DNA of 64,000 nucleotides from an uncultured Clostridia bacterium (GCA_944391955.1 CALXVG010000001.1:315601-379600); one strand, 5' to 3'; shown: positions 9,254 to 20,385, counted from the first letter of the stretch. Numbers and translations: made by a program. The notes: generated by a model not told the origin, from the letters alone.

Positions 9254-10771
9254 ATGGAACAAACTAGATTAAATAAAATGATGAATACTATTTTATTCAT
9301 TTTTTTGATTATACAACCTATTTTTGACCTTAAATATTTTTATAACTCTATTTCTACTTTAATTAGAGTTATTATAATATTTGGTTTATTTTCATATTAT
9401 TTTTTAACAAGTAAGAACAAACGAAAATATTGGCTTGTACTTTATCCCTGTATTATTGGAGTATACTTTATATTTCATCATATCAATGCTTTAAATTTTT
9501 CTTCTTTAATACCTGGAAATTTTAATTATTCAATGTTAAAAGAAGGTTTATATTTTGTTAAAATGTTATCTCCTTTTTTGTTAATTTATTCATTATATAA
9601 AGCACAATTAAACAAAGAATCTATTATGAAGATTATAACTATTTTATGTTTAACTATTAGTTTAATAATTATTGTAACTAATTTACTTTGTATATCTTAT
9701 GGAAGTTATAGTGATGCTCCTATTAAAGCAAATTTCTTTGAATGGTTTAACCCAAATTCCGAGTATACATATAGAAATTTGGCTTCAAAAGGGTTATTCG
9801 AATTTGGTAATCAGATAGCTGCAATTTTAATTATGTTTTTACCTTTTGTAATTTGTAATGCCTTTAAAAGTAAACATTTTTTAAATTGGATTACTTTAAT
9901 TTTTAATGTCTGGTCTTTAATCTTGTTGTCTACCAGAGTTGCAGTAATTGGTACTATAATAGTTTTTATTTATACACTTTTTGTTTTTGTTTTTATTTCT
10001 CTACTTCAAAAAGAAAAGGTAATAATAAAGCATTATATACCACTTTGTATAGTATTAATATGTTATTTAGTATTACTACCAATAAATCCTATGTTTAATA
10101 GGCTTGAAACACGTTCTACTCTTATTGAAACATTTAATGAAGAACATTCTTCTGTTGTTTCAAATACGAATGAAGAACAAAATTCAGAAAACAATGTTGA
10201 TAATATAAATAGTGATTTGACTGAAACATCATCTGAAAAAACAGGTACAGGATATATGATAGAATTTATAGAATCTAATTATCAAGACAAAAAACTTCAT
10301 GAAGATTTCATTTTTGAATATTATCCATATAAATATGACCCTGAATTTTGGTATAATTTCTTGCAAGAAGATATTTCTTTAGTTTCAGATAATCGTTTTA
10401 TTGAGATTTCAATGATTAAAAGAGTTGTAGAAATTAATAATTCACCTCTTGATAAATGGTTTGGAATTACAAATACAAGATTACAAAATATATTTAATAT
10501 TGAAAAGGATTTTGTAGTTCAATATTATGCATTAGGTATAATTGGCTTAATTTTGGTATTTGCTCCATACTTTGTATTATTAGCAATATTTATATTCAAG
10601 AGCTTACACTCGAAATTAAAAAGCTTAACTATATTAAATTCTCTATCGGGAATAACAATAATATTTGCATTTGGAATTTCATATATGTCTGGCAATTTGC
10701 TAAATTCATTAAGTTTTACAATTTATTTTACATTATGTTTCTATTTATTATTAGACAAGAATGTAGATTGA
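9254..10771 (+). CDS. O-antigen ligase / Wzy_C-family polytopic membrane protein (polymer ligase or O-oligosaccharyltransferase candidate)
   Basis: 505 aa with at least 10 TM helices and a large hydrophilic loop between helices, the WaaL/WsaB-like architecture. It is the only plus-strand gene inside the glycan island. Confidence 0.55.
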   Translation: MEQTRLNKMMNTILFIFLIIQPIFDLKYFYNSISTLIRVIIIFGLFSYYFLTSKNKRKYWLVLYPCIIGVYFIFHHINALNFSSLIPGNFNYSMLKEGLYFVKMLSPFLLIYSLYKAQLNKESIMKIITILCLTISLIIIVTNLLCISYGSYSDAPIKANFFEWFNPNSEYTYRNLASKGLFEFGNQIAAILIMFLPFVICNAFKSKHFLNWITLIFNVWSLILLSTRVAVIGTIIVFIYTLFVFVFISLLQKEKVIIKHYIPLCIVLICYLVLLPINPMFNRLETRSTLIETFNEEHSSVVSNTNEEQNSENNVDNINSDLTETSSEKTGTGYMIEFIESNYQDKKLHEDFIFEYYPYKYDPEFWYNFLQEDISLVSDNRFIEISMIKRVVEINNSPLDKWFGITNTRLQNIFNIEKDFVVQYYALGIIGLILVFAPYFVLLAIFIFKSLHSKLKSLTILNSLSGITIIFAFGISYMSGNLLNSLSFTIYFTLCFYLLLDKNVD

Positions 10772-10821
10772 TGAATAAATTAAAAATTGGGGCAAGCACA
10801 AGACTTGCCCCTACATTATTC

Positions 10822-11550
10822 TCAATTAGAATTATTTTTTTTATCTTTTAATACTAGGAATATAAATTTTACTAGTTTGAGTTGTCTAAAAAATCTTTTT
10901 GGTTCTTGTAATGTTCTATATAACCACTCTAGATTACAATTTATCATCCATTTTGGAGCTCTTTTTTTCATTCCACTTATTACATCAAATGAGCCTCCTA
11001 CTGGCATGAATATTTTTATATTTTTCAGTTTTTCTCTGTTTTGCAAAATAAATTCTTCTTGTTTAGGTGAACCTAATCCTACAAATAATATGTCTACAGG
11101 TAATTTTGACAATTCATCTACAATTATTTCTTCATTATCATATCCATGATGTGTTCCTATTATCTTTATATTTGGATATTTTTTTTGCAGATTTTCTTTT
11201 GCTTTTTCTGCAATTCCTTCTTTACCGCCGTATAAATATATATTACTAGAATATTGCTGTGATTTTTCACATATTTTATCCATTAAGTCTATTCCCGTGA
11301 TTCTTTCTTTTATACTGCCTTTCTTTTTCTTTGAAGCCCATACTATTCCGCTTCCATCTGGAATTTGATATTTTTCTTTATTTAATTTTTCTTTGAACTT
11401 TTCATTTTTATAATTAGCAACTGCTATTTCAGGATTTATATTTACAATAAAAAGTTTTTCATTGTTCTGATAATCCTGAAAGATTTTATCAATGAGTTCT
11501 TCCGAATTATATGTAATTAAATTAAATCCTAAAATTTGTTCTTTTTTCAT
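10822..11550 (-). CDS. tagA: WecB/TagA/CpsF family glycosyltransferase (N-acetylmannosaminyltransferase)
   Basis: 'LYGGKEGI...VGLGSPKQE...PVGGSFDVISGMKKRAPKW...EWLYRLLQEPKR' is a canonical TagA signature. Confidence 0.85.
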   Translation of the reverse strand: MKKEQILGFNLITYNSEELIDKIFQDYQNNEKLFIVNINPEIAVANYKNEKFKEKLNKEKYQIPDGSGIVWASKKKKGSIKERITGIDLMDKICEKSQQYSSNIYLYGGKEGIAEKAKENLQKKYPNIKIIGTHHGYDNEEIIVDELSKLPVDILFVGLGSPKQEEFILQNREKLKNIKIFMPVGGSFDVISGMKKRAPKWMINCNLEWLYRTLQEPKRFFRQLKLVKFIFLVLKDKKNNSN

Positions 11551-11559
11551 GTATTACTC

Positions 11560-12852
11560 CTAGTTATTTTTTTCATATTTTTCTAATAGCTTAATAATAT
11601 CCTTTGTTTTTTCTTGCCACGTATTTTCTAGTGCTTCTTTTTTTAATATTTCAAAATATTCTCTATTAGATTTTGTATTTAGTGATATTGCTTTATCTAT
11701 TAAACTTATAAATTCTTCTTTATTTTTAGCAATCATCACTGATTGATATTTTCTACATTCATTCATATCAGTTGTTATAATTGGTTTTCCTAATGCCATA
11801 TACTCAAATATTTTTAATGGTGAAGTAGCTTTTGTAATATCATTGATGATAAATGGTACTGTACATACATTGAATTTATCTGCATAGTTTTTTAATATTT
11901 TATAATCTTTAGTTCCTAAATAAAATACATTATCTAGTTTTTCAATATTTGATTCTTCTAATGAATTATCATATTTGCTTCCTATTAATACTACATTATA
12001 TTCTGGTCTTTGTTTTGCCAAATTGCTTACCATTTCATAATCAAACCAACTAGCAAATGCTCCATAATATCCTATGATAGGTTTGTTTTGGTATAATATT
12101 TCTTTAAATTTTTTGTCAAATTCAAAGGTTTTATCTATATTCTGATAATGTTCATAATCTACTCCATTACAAGCAAATACTAATTTTTCCATTCCTCTTT
12201 TTTCTTCTATGTCTTCTTTTAACTTGTCCGCTGTAACTACAACAAATACATTTTCTTTATCTGATAACATATACTCATATTTTTCTTTTATATTTATTGG
12301 TATATCTTTTGTTCCAGATAATATTGGATTTATTTCATCTATATATTCATATATAATTTTATATCCTTTTTCTACATATTTTTTTAAATCTGTTAATCTC
12401 ATATTCCAGTCTGTTGAATATATTTGAATATATTTAGGCTTGTCTATTTTTTGTAGTTTTGTAAACAATCTTTTTTGTATACTTTTATTTTCTAAGTTTA
12501 TTAATATTAGATTTTTATTTATTTCTTCTAAATCTTTAATCTTATCCGTAAAGTGTGTTACTTCATAAAATACTAGACATTTTTGTTTTGATAATCCAAG
12601 TGATATATGTTGTGGTCTTTGAAATAGTGGAACATTCCAACCAAAGTTGCTACGCCAAATTATAATTCTATCATAATTATTTTTTTCTAGAATTTTGTCT
12701 AATTTTGTTGATACATTTCTGTTTCTTATAAAATTCATACTGTTAAATATATTAATTATTTTTGATAAAATATAACTAATTATTTTTTTTATAGTTTGCA
12801 CAAATCCATATTTTTTTATTAGAGATTTGAATTTACTTAGTTTATCTTTCAT
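11560..12852 (-). CDS. Glycosyltransferase, GT-B fold (family 1/4-like)
   Basis: C-terminal 'LKIFEYMALGKPIITTDM' GT1-family motif; 430 aa. Confidence 0.6.
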   Translation of the reverse strand: MKDKLSKFKSLIKKYGFVQTIKKIISYILSKIINIFNSMNFIRNRNVSTKLDKILEKNNYDRIIIWRSNFGWNVPLFQRPQHISLGLSKQKCLVFYEVTHFTDKIKDLEEINKNLILINLENKSIQKRLFTKLQKIDKPKYIQIYSTDWNMRLTDLKKYVEKGYKIIYEYIDEINPILSGTKDIPINIKEKYEYMLSDKENVFVVVTADKLKEDIEEKRGMEKLVFACNGVDYEHYQNIDKTFEFDKKFKEILYQNKPIIGYYGAFASWFDYEMVSNLAKQRPEYNVVLIGSKYDNSLEESNIEKLDNVFYLGTKDYKILKNYADKFNVCTVPFIINDITKATSPLKIFEYMALGKPIITTDMNECRKYQSVMIAKNKEEFISLIDKAISLNTKSNREYFEILKKEALENTWQEKTKDIIKLLEKYEKNN

Positions 12853-12853
12853 A

Positions 12854-14446
12854 TTAATCCTTTTTCTTAAATATTGTGTTAAATTTATACTGTATGCTGT
12901 TTTTTAATCTTGACCTGTCTTTAATTAATAAAATCATTGCATTTTTTATTTGTATAAATAAATTATGTGTTCTTTTGTTTACTATAACATCATATAATTT
13001 ATTATTATATTCATTTATTATTTTTTGAACATTCCAGTCTGCATAGATTGTTTTTTCATCTATATTATTTATGTTTTTATATTTTAATATTTTGTATTCT
13101 TCACTAGTCTCTTTAAAATTTGCCATCGTAAATTTATTTAATCGATTTTGAATTTGTTTACTTGCTTTAGTATTACTTTCTATTTGAGTTAAATCCATCA
13201 CTTTTTCTATCGTTCTTTTTTCTTTTATTTCTTTATATAGATTAATTAAACTCCTATTATATTTGTCTATACTATAATGTTCTTCACATAGTTTTCTGCC
13301 TAGTTTTCCTCTTTTTTCTCGTTCTTCTTCATTTGTTATTAGTTGTTCTATTGCTTCCATTAGTTTATCTGAATTTTTGTTTTCAACTAATACTCCGCAT
13401 TCTGGAGCAAATGTTACATCTGGAAGTGCTGTATTATTAAATATAATTACTGGTTTTGAACATGCCATTGCTTCAATTGCCATCATACCAAAAGTTTCAC
13501 CTGTTGACGGCATTAGAAAAATATCACACGCATTATATGCATACAGTAAGTCTTTATTATTCATCTGCCCAAAATCAATTACATTGTATCTATCTTTTAT
13601 TTCTGCAAATCTGTCTTTTTCATCACAGGTAAGAATAGTAATTTTTCTGTCGGTGTGCAGTTTTTTTAAGGTTTCTAATACATATTCTGTCCCTTTTAAA
13701 GCTTTTTGTGCCCTTAAAAATAAAACAATGTCTGTTTCTGGAATATTGAATTTTTTTCTTGCCTCTGTTTTTTGAATTTGATTATTAAAAAACTTTAAGT
13801 CTACTCCTAATGGTATAATATGTACATTTGTAAAATGTTTTGTTAATGGACTTTGTTTTACTAAATTATACATGTATTTGCTAGAAACTACAATATCTGG
13901 ATTGATTTTTTCATAAATCATTTTTTTTAATTTCCACATTTCATTGCAGTTATCTTCTTTGAATTGAAATAATGTATCTAGATTTTTACAGTCTACACAT
14001 CCTGTTTGCCATTTTGTACATTCTCCGAAATGTACACATCGTCCTGTTATTGACCATGGGTCATGAAATGACATTACTACTCTTTTTTCACTACACATTT
14101 GTAATAATGATATTAGTGAAAGTTTTGTATTATGAAACATATGAAAATGTATAATGTCTGCTTCCTCATATTCTTTAGTTTTCAATAATGCTGGAGATGT
14201 GATAGATAAATTAGAGTGAACTGATAATTCCTGTTTTTCGAAATTTTCTAGTTTTTCCAGCATTTGCATTTGTTCATAATTTAATAATATTTGCTTTACT
14301 TTATCATTTTTTGATTGTTTAAATATTACTGTTTGATTTATATTAATATTTTCATCTTTTATACTGTTCACCAAGTCATATCCATTAAATCTTCTTCCTG
14401 GTAAATCAACATTATTAACTTCTAATATGTTTATCTTTTTTTCCAT
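12854..14446 (-). CDS. Glycosyltransferase family 4 (GT-B)
   Basis: 'FLMPSTGETFGMMAIEAMACSKPVI' is the EX7E-type GT4 motif; 530 aa. Confidence 0.75.
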   Translation of the reverse strand: MEKKINILEVNNVDLPGRRFNGYDLVNSIKDENININQTVIFKQSKNDKVKQILLNYEQMQMLEKLENFEKQELSVHSNLSITSPALLKTKEYEEADIIHFHMFHNTKLSLISLLQMCSEKRVVMSFHDPWSITGRCVHFGECTKWQTGCVDCKNLDTLFQFKEDNCNEMWKLKKMIYEKINPDIVVSSKYMYNLVKQSPLTKHFTNVHIIPLGVDLKFFNNQIQKTEARKKFNIPETDIVLFLRAQKALKGTEYVLETLKKLHTDRKITILTCDEKDRFAEIKDRYNVIDFGQMNNKDLLYAYNACDIFLMPSTGETFGMMAIEAMACSKPVIIFNNTALPDVTFAPECGVLVENKNSDKLMEAIEQLITNEEEREKRGKLGRKLCEEHYSIDKYNRSLINLYKEIKEKRTIEKVMDLTQIESNTKASKQIQNRLNKFTMANFKETSEEYKILKYKNINNIDEKTIYADWNVQKIINEYNNKLYDVIVNKRTHNLFIQIKNAMILLIKDRSRLKNSIQYKFNTIFKKKD

Positions 14447-17385
14447 ATCCTGTCCTTTATTTTCTTTAATATTGTTTTTACTGTTTTTTTGAAACCAAAT
14501 TTTTTGTAATAATTTTTTAATTTTACTAAAGCCCTTTTTATTGTAGATACTCGTGCATTTCCTATATTGTTTTCCGGTGTAATTATTACTTTATTGTTTT
14601 TAATTATAGCATATCTTTCTAGTACTTCTGGGATTGAATCTACAACTATATCATAATCTTTCTCATTCCAGTTGAAATATTCTTTGAATTTCTCTGCTAT
14701 TTTTATTAAAAATCTATTAACAACTTTTATATCTTCTGCAATTATTTGTGTATCTTTATCTTGAAAACATGTTAAATTTTCATAATATTGTGGTATTTCA
14801 ATATCCACTACTTGTTTTAAATAATTTTTACTAATTTCCAATGAATTATTAAATGTTTCTTTCAAATTACTGTTAAATAAACTATTTGTTGTATGTCTAT
14901 ACAAGTATAATGCTTCTGGAATCATATATATTTTATTTTTTAATATTATATGAGATAAAAACTCATAATCTTCTGCTGTTTTTAGATTACTAAATAATAT
15001 ATTAGTATCTTTTATTATATTTTTTCTATACATACATGGAGCATTGGGTATTGGGTTTGTCCATAAGAAAGTCCATTCATGTGGGACTATTGAATCTGGA
15101 TAAACACTATTATTATAAATATTTCCTAACTCATCCATCATAGAAATATTTACAGAACATACTCCATATTCTTCGTTATTTTGTAAAAAATTAACTTGGC
15201 TTTCTATTCTTGTTAAAACACTTATATCGTCACTATCCATTCGTGTTAAGTATTCTCCTACTGCATGCTTGATTGCAGTATTCATAGCACCTGAAACACC
15301 TTTTTCAAATTCATTTGATAATACTTTTATTCTAAAATCTTTTTCTGCATACTGTTTTATTTTTTCCATTGTATTATCTGTTGATTTATCATCTACTATT
15401 AACAATTCAAAATTACAATAAGTTTGCTCAAGTATACTTTCTATTGCCTTTTCTAGATGCTTTGAAGAATTATAACATGGCATCGCTATACTTACTTTTG
15501 GGGTTATTTTTTTATATATAGATTTAGCCTTTTCATAAGCTAGTTTTGCCGCTTCATCAAATCTACTATTTTTCATTTGTATATATAAAGTCATATATAC
15601 ATTAAATATATCAAATCCCCAATTTTTAATGGTTTCTTCTGATAGTGCATTTATTATATTTTTCCATAGTTCATTACATTCTGATATATATACTGGATTT
15701 TTATTTGTATCTTGGTTTGGGTGTATTCTATATTTTATTGTTGGTTCTTCAATAAAATATGATGGATATTTTCCAAACAATCTTATCCACATTTCATAAT
15801 CATTTGTTGTTTTTAACTCTTCTTTAAAGTATCCAACATCTTCAAAACATATTTTAGGAATAAGTATTGCACAACCATTTACTGCACCTTTTAATACTGG
15901 ATATATACCTTGGCAAAATTTTTCTTTTTCTATGTTTTTTGTAAAATCTGTTGTTGAAAATGTTATTCCATTTTCATCTATTAATTCAAAATTTGAGAAT
16001 ATGATAGTATTGTCGTCCTCTACATTTTCTAGTGCCTGAACTTGTTTTTCTATTTTATTTGGTAAATATACATCATCATGACTAAGCCATGCAATATATT
16101 CACCTGTTGCTTCTCTTATTCCTAAATTTAATGCAGAAGCAACTCCTCCATTTTCTTTTTTAATATATCTAACTTTATCTCCAAATTCCATTATGGCTTT
16201 TTCTGTTTTTCCATTATCTGTAGAACCATCATTTATTACCAAAATTTCAATATTTTTATATGTTTGGTTTATGGCACTTTCTATTGCTTGTTTTATGAAA
16301 TTTGAACCATTATATACTGGTATTAAAATTGTAATTTTGGGATTTAATATAGTTTTCATGTTTTCTCCTAATAATTTTTTAATTTTAATTGCATTGATAA
16401 AATCTGTTAGTTGATTTTGTATTAAATATTTATACATCTTAGGTTTGATGTTGTTCATTATTAAGAATCTTTTAAAATATTTACTGTTTTTCATGCTTTC
16501 AAACAAGTCTACTTGGTATGTTATAAGTTTAATGTAGAAATTTTTCATACATCTTTCTCGTAAATTTTCTTCTTCTATATTTGCTAGCACATAATAAAAA
16601 TATTTCATACAGTTATTAAAAAATAATATCTCTTTTTCTTTTTGTGCTAGTATTTTGTCTAATAATTTGAAAGCGATAACCATAGATTCAGCTACCGAAT
16701 CATACGATTCTTCATCATTTTTTCTTGATAGCGATTTTTCTACTACCCTGTAGTATTTATATAATTTAGGATAATAAATTATTTTTTTTGCTTCTGCCAT
16801 TATTGGATATATACAAGGAACATCATTTGCTTTTGTTCCTATGAATTTATATTTATCAAAATATTCTTTTTTTATTATTTTAGTACTTGAAGATGATGCT
16901 GTCCAATGACCTAATAAAAATGTGCTATCTACTTCAATTGGTTCAGTTGTATATTCGTATTTTGTTTCTACAACATTACCATCTTCAATATTACAATATG
17001 TTGTCTTATCTAGTTCTTCATTATACTCTGCTATATTTGCACATACAACATCAGCATCTTTTTTAAATGCTATATCTAACATTTTTTGATAATATCCTTC
17101 ATCTACGAAATCATCTGAACTGTTTATGCCTATATATAAACCTTGGGCTATTTCTAGTCCTCTATTAATACTGTATGCACATCCATGATTTTTGTCATTT
17201 TCTAATATTTTTATATTAGAAAACTCTTTTTGTAATTGTTTTACTTTATTTATTGAATTATCTGTAGAAGCATCATTAACAACAATGACCTCAACATTAT
17301 ATGTTAATCCTTTTATCATACTTCTTATAGCTTGTTCGATATATTTTTCATGATTATATACCGGTATAATTATTGATAAGTCCAT
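14431..17385 (-). CDS. Multidomain glycosyltransferase with three GT2 domains
   Basis: Three separate GT2 N-terminal signatures: 'LSIIIPVYNHEKYI...VVNDASTD', 'ITILIPVYNGSNFI...VINDGSTD' and 'VSIAMPCYNSSKHL...IVDDKSTD'. Confidence 0.8.
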   Translation of the reverse strand: MDLSIIIPVYNHEKYIEQAIRSMIKGLTYNVEVIVVNDASTDNSINKVKQLQKEFSNIKILENDKNHGCAYSINRGLEIAQGLYIGINSSDDFVDEGYYQKMLDIAFKKDADVVCANIAEYNEELDKTTYCNIEDGNVVETKYEYTTEPIEVDSTFLLGHWTASSSSTKIIKKEYFDKYKFIGTKANDVPCIYPIMAEAKKIIYYPKLYKYYRVVEKSLSRKNDEESYDSVAESMVIAFKLLDKILAQKEKEILFFNNCMKYFYYVLANIEEENLRERCMKNFYIKLITYQVDLFESMKNSKYFKRFLIMNNIKPKMYKYLIQNQLTDFINAIKIKKLLGENMKTILNPKITILIPVYNGSNFIKQAIESAINQTYKNIEILVINDGSTDNGKTEKAIMEFGDKVRYIKKENGGVASALNLGIREATGEYIAWLSHDDVYLPNKIEKQVQALENVEDDNTIIFSNFELIDENGITFSTTDFTKNIEKEKFCQGIYPVLKGAVNGCAILIPKICFEDVGYFKEELKTTNDYEMWIRLFGKYPSYFIEEPTIKYRIHPNQDTNKNPVYISECNELWKNIINALSEETIKNWGFDIFNVYMTLYIQMKNSRFDEAAKLAYEKAKSIYKKITPKVSIAMPCYNSSKHLEKAIESILEQTYCNFELLIVDDKSTDNTMEKIKQYAEKDFRIKVLSNEFEKGVSGAMNTAIKHAVGEYLTRMDSDDISVLTRIESQVNFLQNNEEYGVCSVNISMMDELGNIYNNSVYPDSIVPHEWTFLWTNPIPNAPCMYRKNIIKDTNILFSNLKTAEDYEFLSHIILKNKIYMIPEALYLYRHTTNSLFNSNLKETFNNSLEISKNYLKQVVDIEIPQYYENLTCFQDKDTQIIAEDIKVVNRFLIKIAEKFKEYFNWNEKDYDIVVDSIPEVLERYAIIKNNKVIITPENNIGNARVSTIKRALVKLKNYYKKFGFKKTVKTILKKIKDRIWKKR

Positions 17386-17399
17386 GCCTTATCTCCTTA

Positions 17400-18509
17400 T
17401 TAATATTTCTTCCAAACAGTTCTATTTATATAGTCTGTATAGCTTAATATAATTCTTACAACTTTTGCTGCTACATGGTCTGCATCATAATCATTTACTA
17501 TATGCATTTTTTCTGTTTGGCTTGTAACTACATCTATTGCAGTTATTATGTTTTCACTTTCTAATCCACTCATTATTAGTGTTCCTTCGTCCATTCCTTC
17601 TGGTCTTTCATGAGCTTGTCTTACTGTTATTGCTGGGAATCCTAATATTGAAGATTCTTCTGTTATTGTTCCACTATCTGATATTACACAAAATGCATTT
17701 TGTTGTAATTTATTATAATCTGCAAATCCTAGTGGTTTCATATATTTTACTGCATCATTAAACTGGAAATCTATACTTTCTATTTTCTTTCTTGTTCTTG
17801 GGTGTGCTGAAAATATTATTGGCATTTTATATTTTTCTGCAATTTTATTTATTGAGTTTAATAAATTTTCAAAATTTTTTGGATTATCAACATTTTCTTC
17901 TCTATGTGCACTTAACACAAAGTATTTTTGTTTTTCTAATCCTAAAGTCTCTAGTACTTTGCTTTCTTCGATTGTTTTTGCATTTTTTCTTAGCACTTCT
18001 TTCATGCTAGAACCTACTTTTATAATAGTTTCTGGTCTAATTCCTTCTGCTATCAAATATCTTCTGGCATGTTCTGTTATTGTCATATTTATATCACTTG
18101 AATGGTCTATAATTTTTCTATTAATTTCCTCTGGTACTCTTTGATCAAAGCAACGATTTCCTGCTTCCATATGAAATACTGGAACTTTATTTCTCTTTGC
18201 AGAAATTACTGCTAAGCAAGAATTTGTATCTCCATATAAAAGTATTGCATCTGGTTTATGTTCTTTTATTAGTTTATCTGAAATACTTATTGTATTTCCT
18301 ATTGTTTCTGCTGGAGTTTCTCCTGCAGCATTCATATATATATCTGGTTTTCTTATGTTCATTCCATCAAAGAATATCTCATTTAGTTCATAATCATAGT
18401 TTTGTCCTGTATGTACCAAAATATGTTCTGTGTATTTGTCCAACTCTTCTATAACACATGCTAATTTTATTATTTCTGGTCTTGTGCCAACTATTGTCAT
18501 TACTTTCAT
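17400..18509 (-). CDS. UDP-N-acetylglucosamine 2-epimerase (FnlC/Cap5G/WbvD-like)
   Basis: 'MTIVGTRPEIIKL...LYGDTNS...HMEAGNRCFD' WecB-family motifs. It is the third gene of an FnlA-reductase-epimerase triad. Confidence 0.8.
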   Translation of the reverse strand: MKVMTIVGTRPEIIKLACVIEELDKYTEHILVHTGQNYDYELNEIFFDGMNIRKPDIYMNAAGETPAETIGNTISISDKLIKEHKPDAILLYGDTNSCLAVISAKRNKVPVFHMEAGNRCFDQRVPEEINRKIIDHSSDINMTITEHARRYLIAEGIRPETIIKVGSSMKEVLRKNAKTIEESKVLETLGLEKQKYFVLSAHREENVDNPKNFENLLNSINKIAEKYKMPIIFSAHPRTRKKIESIDFQFNDAVKYMKPLGFADYNKLQQNAFCVISDSGTITEESSILGFPAITVRQAHERPEGMDEGTLIMSGLESENIITAIDVVTSQTEKMHIVNDYDADHVAAKVVRIILSYTDYINRTVWKKY

Positions 18510-18510
18510 A

Positions 18511-19368
18511 TTATTCCTCCATCTTTTTTATTAAATTTGGATATAAATCTTTATTGTCTAATACCCATTGTTTCATTTCTTTTATCATTTCTTCATAACT
18601 TGGGATTTTAAATTTATAATCATCTTCTTTTAGTATTAGACTTTTATCTGAAACAAAACTTGCATCTTCAACAACTTTTGTAGATGGTTTAAAATATTTA
18701 GCAAACAATTTTAATAAATCTGCTTTTGCAATTTTGTCTCCATTTACTGCGTGATATAGTCCAGTTAAATCGTTTTCTATTGCTTCTTCCATACATTTTG
18801 CAAATTGAATTGTTGTTATTCCTGTCCATATTGCTTTTGAATATCCCTTTGTTTCATTTTCTTGATTCATGAACCATTGGAATAGTCCTATACCTCTTGG
18901 ATTTTCATCTGGACCTACTATTGATGTTCTCAATGTTACACTTCTATTGTTATTTATTTCTCCTAATGCCTTTGATTGTCCATAAAAGCTATATGCATCT
19001 TTGAAACTATCTACTGTATATTTTCCTTTTTTTCCATCAAATACACAGTCTGTGCTTACATGTATAAATTTAAAATTTTTCTTTTCTGATAGTTCATCCA
19101 TGTAATGTGGTAAATATGAATTTATTAAAACTGCAAGTGCTTGGTTTTCTTCTGCCACTTTATTTAATAAGCCTATACAGTTAATTACAACTTGTGGTTT
19201 TATTCTATCTACGATTTCATCAATATTTTTTATGTTATCTGCAACATCAAAATAATTTTCATTTTCTTTATTTCTGTTTGTAGAATAGACTTCATGTTTT
19301 TTATTTTCAAAGTATCTTTTTACCACATGTCCTAGCATTCCTTCGCTTCCTAGAACTAAAATCTTCAT
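18511..19368 (-). CDS. NAD(P)-dependent sugar-nucleotide reductase (RmlD/WbvR/FnlB-like SDR)
   Basis: 'ILVLGSEGMLG' glycine-rich loop and a 'YGQSK' catalytic YxxxK motif. It lies between the FnlA-like and 2-epimerase genes. Confidence 0.65.
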   Translation of the reverse strand: MKILVLGSEGMLGHVVKRYFENKKHEVYSTNRNKENENYFDVADNIKNIDEIVDRIKPQVVINCIGLLNKVAEENQALAVLINSYLPHYMDELSEKKNFKFIHVSTDCVFDGKKGKYTVDSFKDAYSFYGQSKALGEINNNRSVTLRTSIVGPDENPRGIGLFQWFMNQENETKGYSKAIWTGITTIQFAKCMEEAIENDLTGLYHAVNGDKIAKADLLKLFAKYFKPSTKVVEDASFVSDKSLILKEDDYKFKIPSYEEMIKEMKQWVLDNKDLYPNLIKKMEE

Positions 19369-20369
19369 TCTTCAATTTCTCCCATCTTTATCAATAATTT
19401 TATCATTCCGTCTACATCTAGTCTTTCAGTATTATGTGATGTATATTCCTCTACTTTATCAAATGATTCATTTCCATGTATTTCATATTTGTTATAATTT
19501 AAATCTCTATTATCTGATGGTATTCTAAAATATTTTCCTAAATCTTCTGCATTTAGCATTTCTTCTTTTGTTACAAGCACCTCATATAATTTTTCACCAT
19601 GTCTTGTTCCTATATGTTTTATATTTGGTTTTACATTTTCCATTTTGCTTACAGCTTCTGCTAAAGTTCTTATAGTTGCTGCTGGTGCTTTTTGTATAAA
19701 TAAATCTCCTTGTTTACCATGTTCAAAAGCATATATAACTAAATCTACTGCGTCATTTAATGTCATCATAAATCTAGTCATATCAGGATTTGTTATTGTT
19801 AATGGGTTTCCTTCACTAATTTGTTTTTTAAATAATGGAATTACTGAACCCCTTGACCCCATTACATTTCCATATCTTGTTCTACATATTATTGTACCAT
19901 CTTCTCCTATATTTCTTCCCTTTGCAACTGCTACTTTTTCCATTAAAGCTTTGCTCATTCCCATTGCATTTATTGGATATGCTGCTTTATCTGTGCTTAA
20001 TACTATAACTTTTTTCACCTTTTTTGCAATTGCTGCATCTAGCACATTTCCTGTTCCAATTACATTTGTTTGAACTGCCTGTAATGGAAAGAATTCACAT
20101 GATGGAACTTGTTTTAAGGCTGCTGCGTGAAAAACAAAATCAACTCCATCCATTGCATCTGCTACACTTGAATAATCTCTTACATCTCCTATGTAAAATT
20201 TTAATTTTGAGTTGCTATATTTTTTTCTCATATCATCTTGCTTTTTTTCATCTCTTGAAAATATTCTTATTTCTTTTAGTTCTGAATCTAAAAATCTTTT
20301 TAAAACAGCATTACCAAAAGAACCTGTTCCCCCTGTAATTAATAATACTTTGTCTTTAAACATTTGCAT
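19365..20369 (-). CDS. UDP-GlcNAc 4,6-dehydratase/5-epimerase (FnlA/CapE/WbjB family)
   Basis: 'LLITGGTGSFGNAV...STDKAAYPINAMGMSKAL' is the characteristic CapE/FnlA signature. Confidence 0.85.
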   Translation of the reverse strand: MQMFKDKVLLITGGTGSFGNAVLKRFLDSELKEIRIFSRDEKKQDDMRKKYSNSKLKFYIGDVRDYSSVADAMDGVDFVFHAAALKQVPSCEFFPLQAVQTNVIGTGNVLDAAIAKKVKKVIVLSTDKAAYPINAMGMSKALMEKVAVAKGRNIGEDGTIICRTRYGNVMGSRGSVIPLFKKQISEGNPLTITNPDMTRFMMTLNDAVDLVIYAFEHGKQGDLFIQKAPAATIRTLAEAVSKMENVKPNIKHIGTRHGEKLYEVLVTKEEMLNAEDLGKYFRIPSDNRDLNYNKYEIHGNESFDKVEEYTSHNTERLDVDGMIKLLIKMGEIEE

Positions 20370-20385
20370 AACTATTACCTCTTTC

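Noticed and set aside
10787-11149. 120-aa plus-strand ORF (and its counterpart at 32002-32385) opposite the tagA genes
   Set aside because: They are antisense shadow ORFs. They are informative only as evidence that the two tagA copies share near-identical nucleotide blocks.
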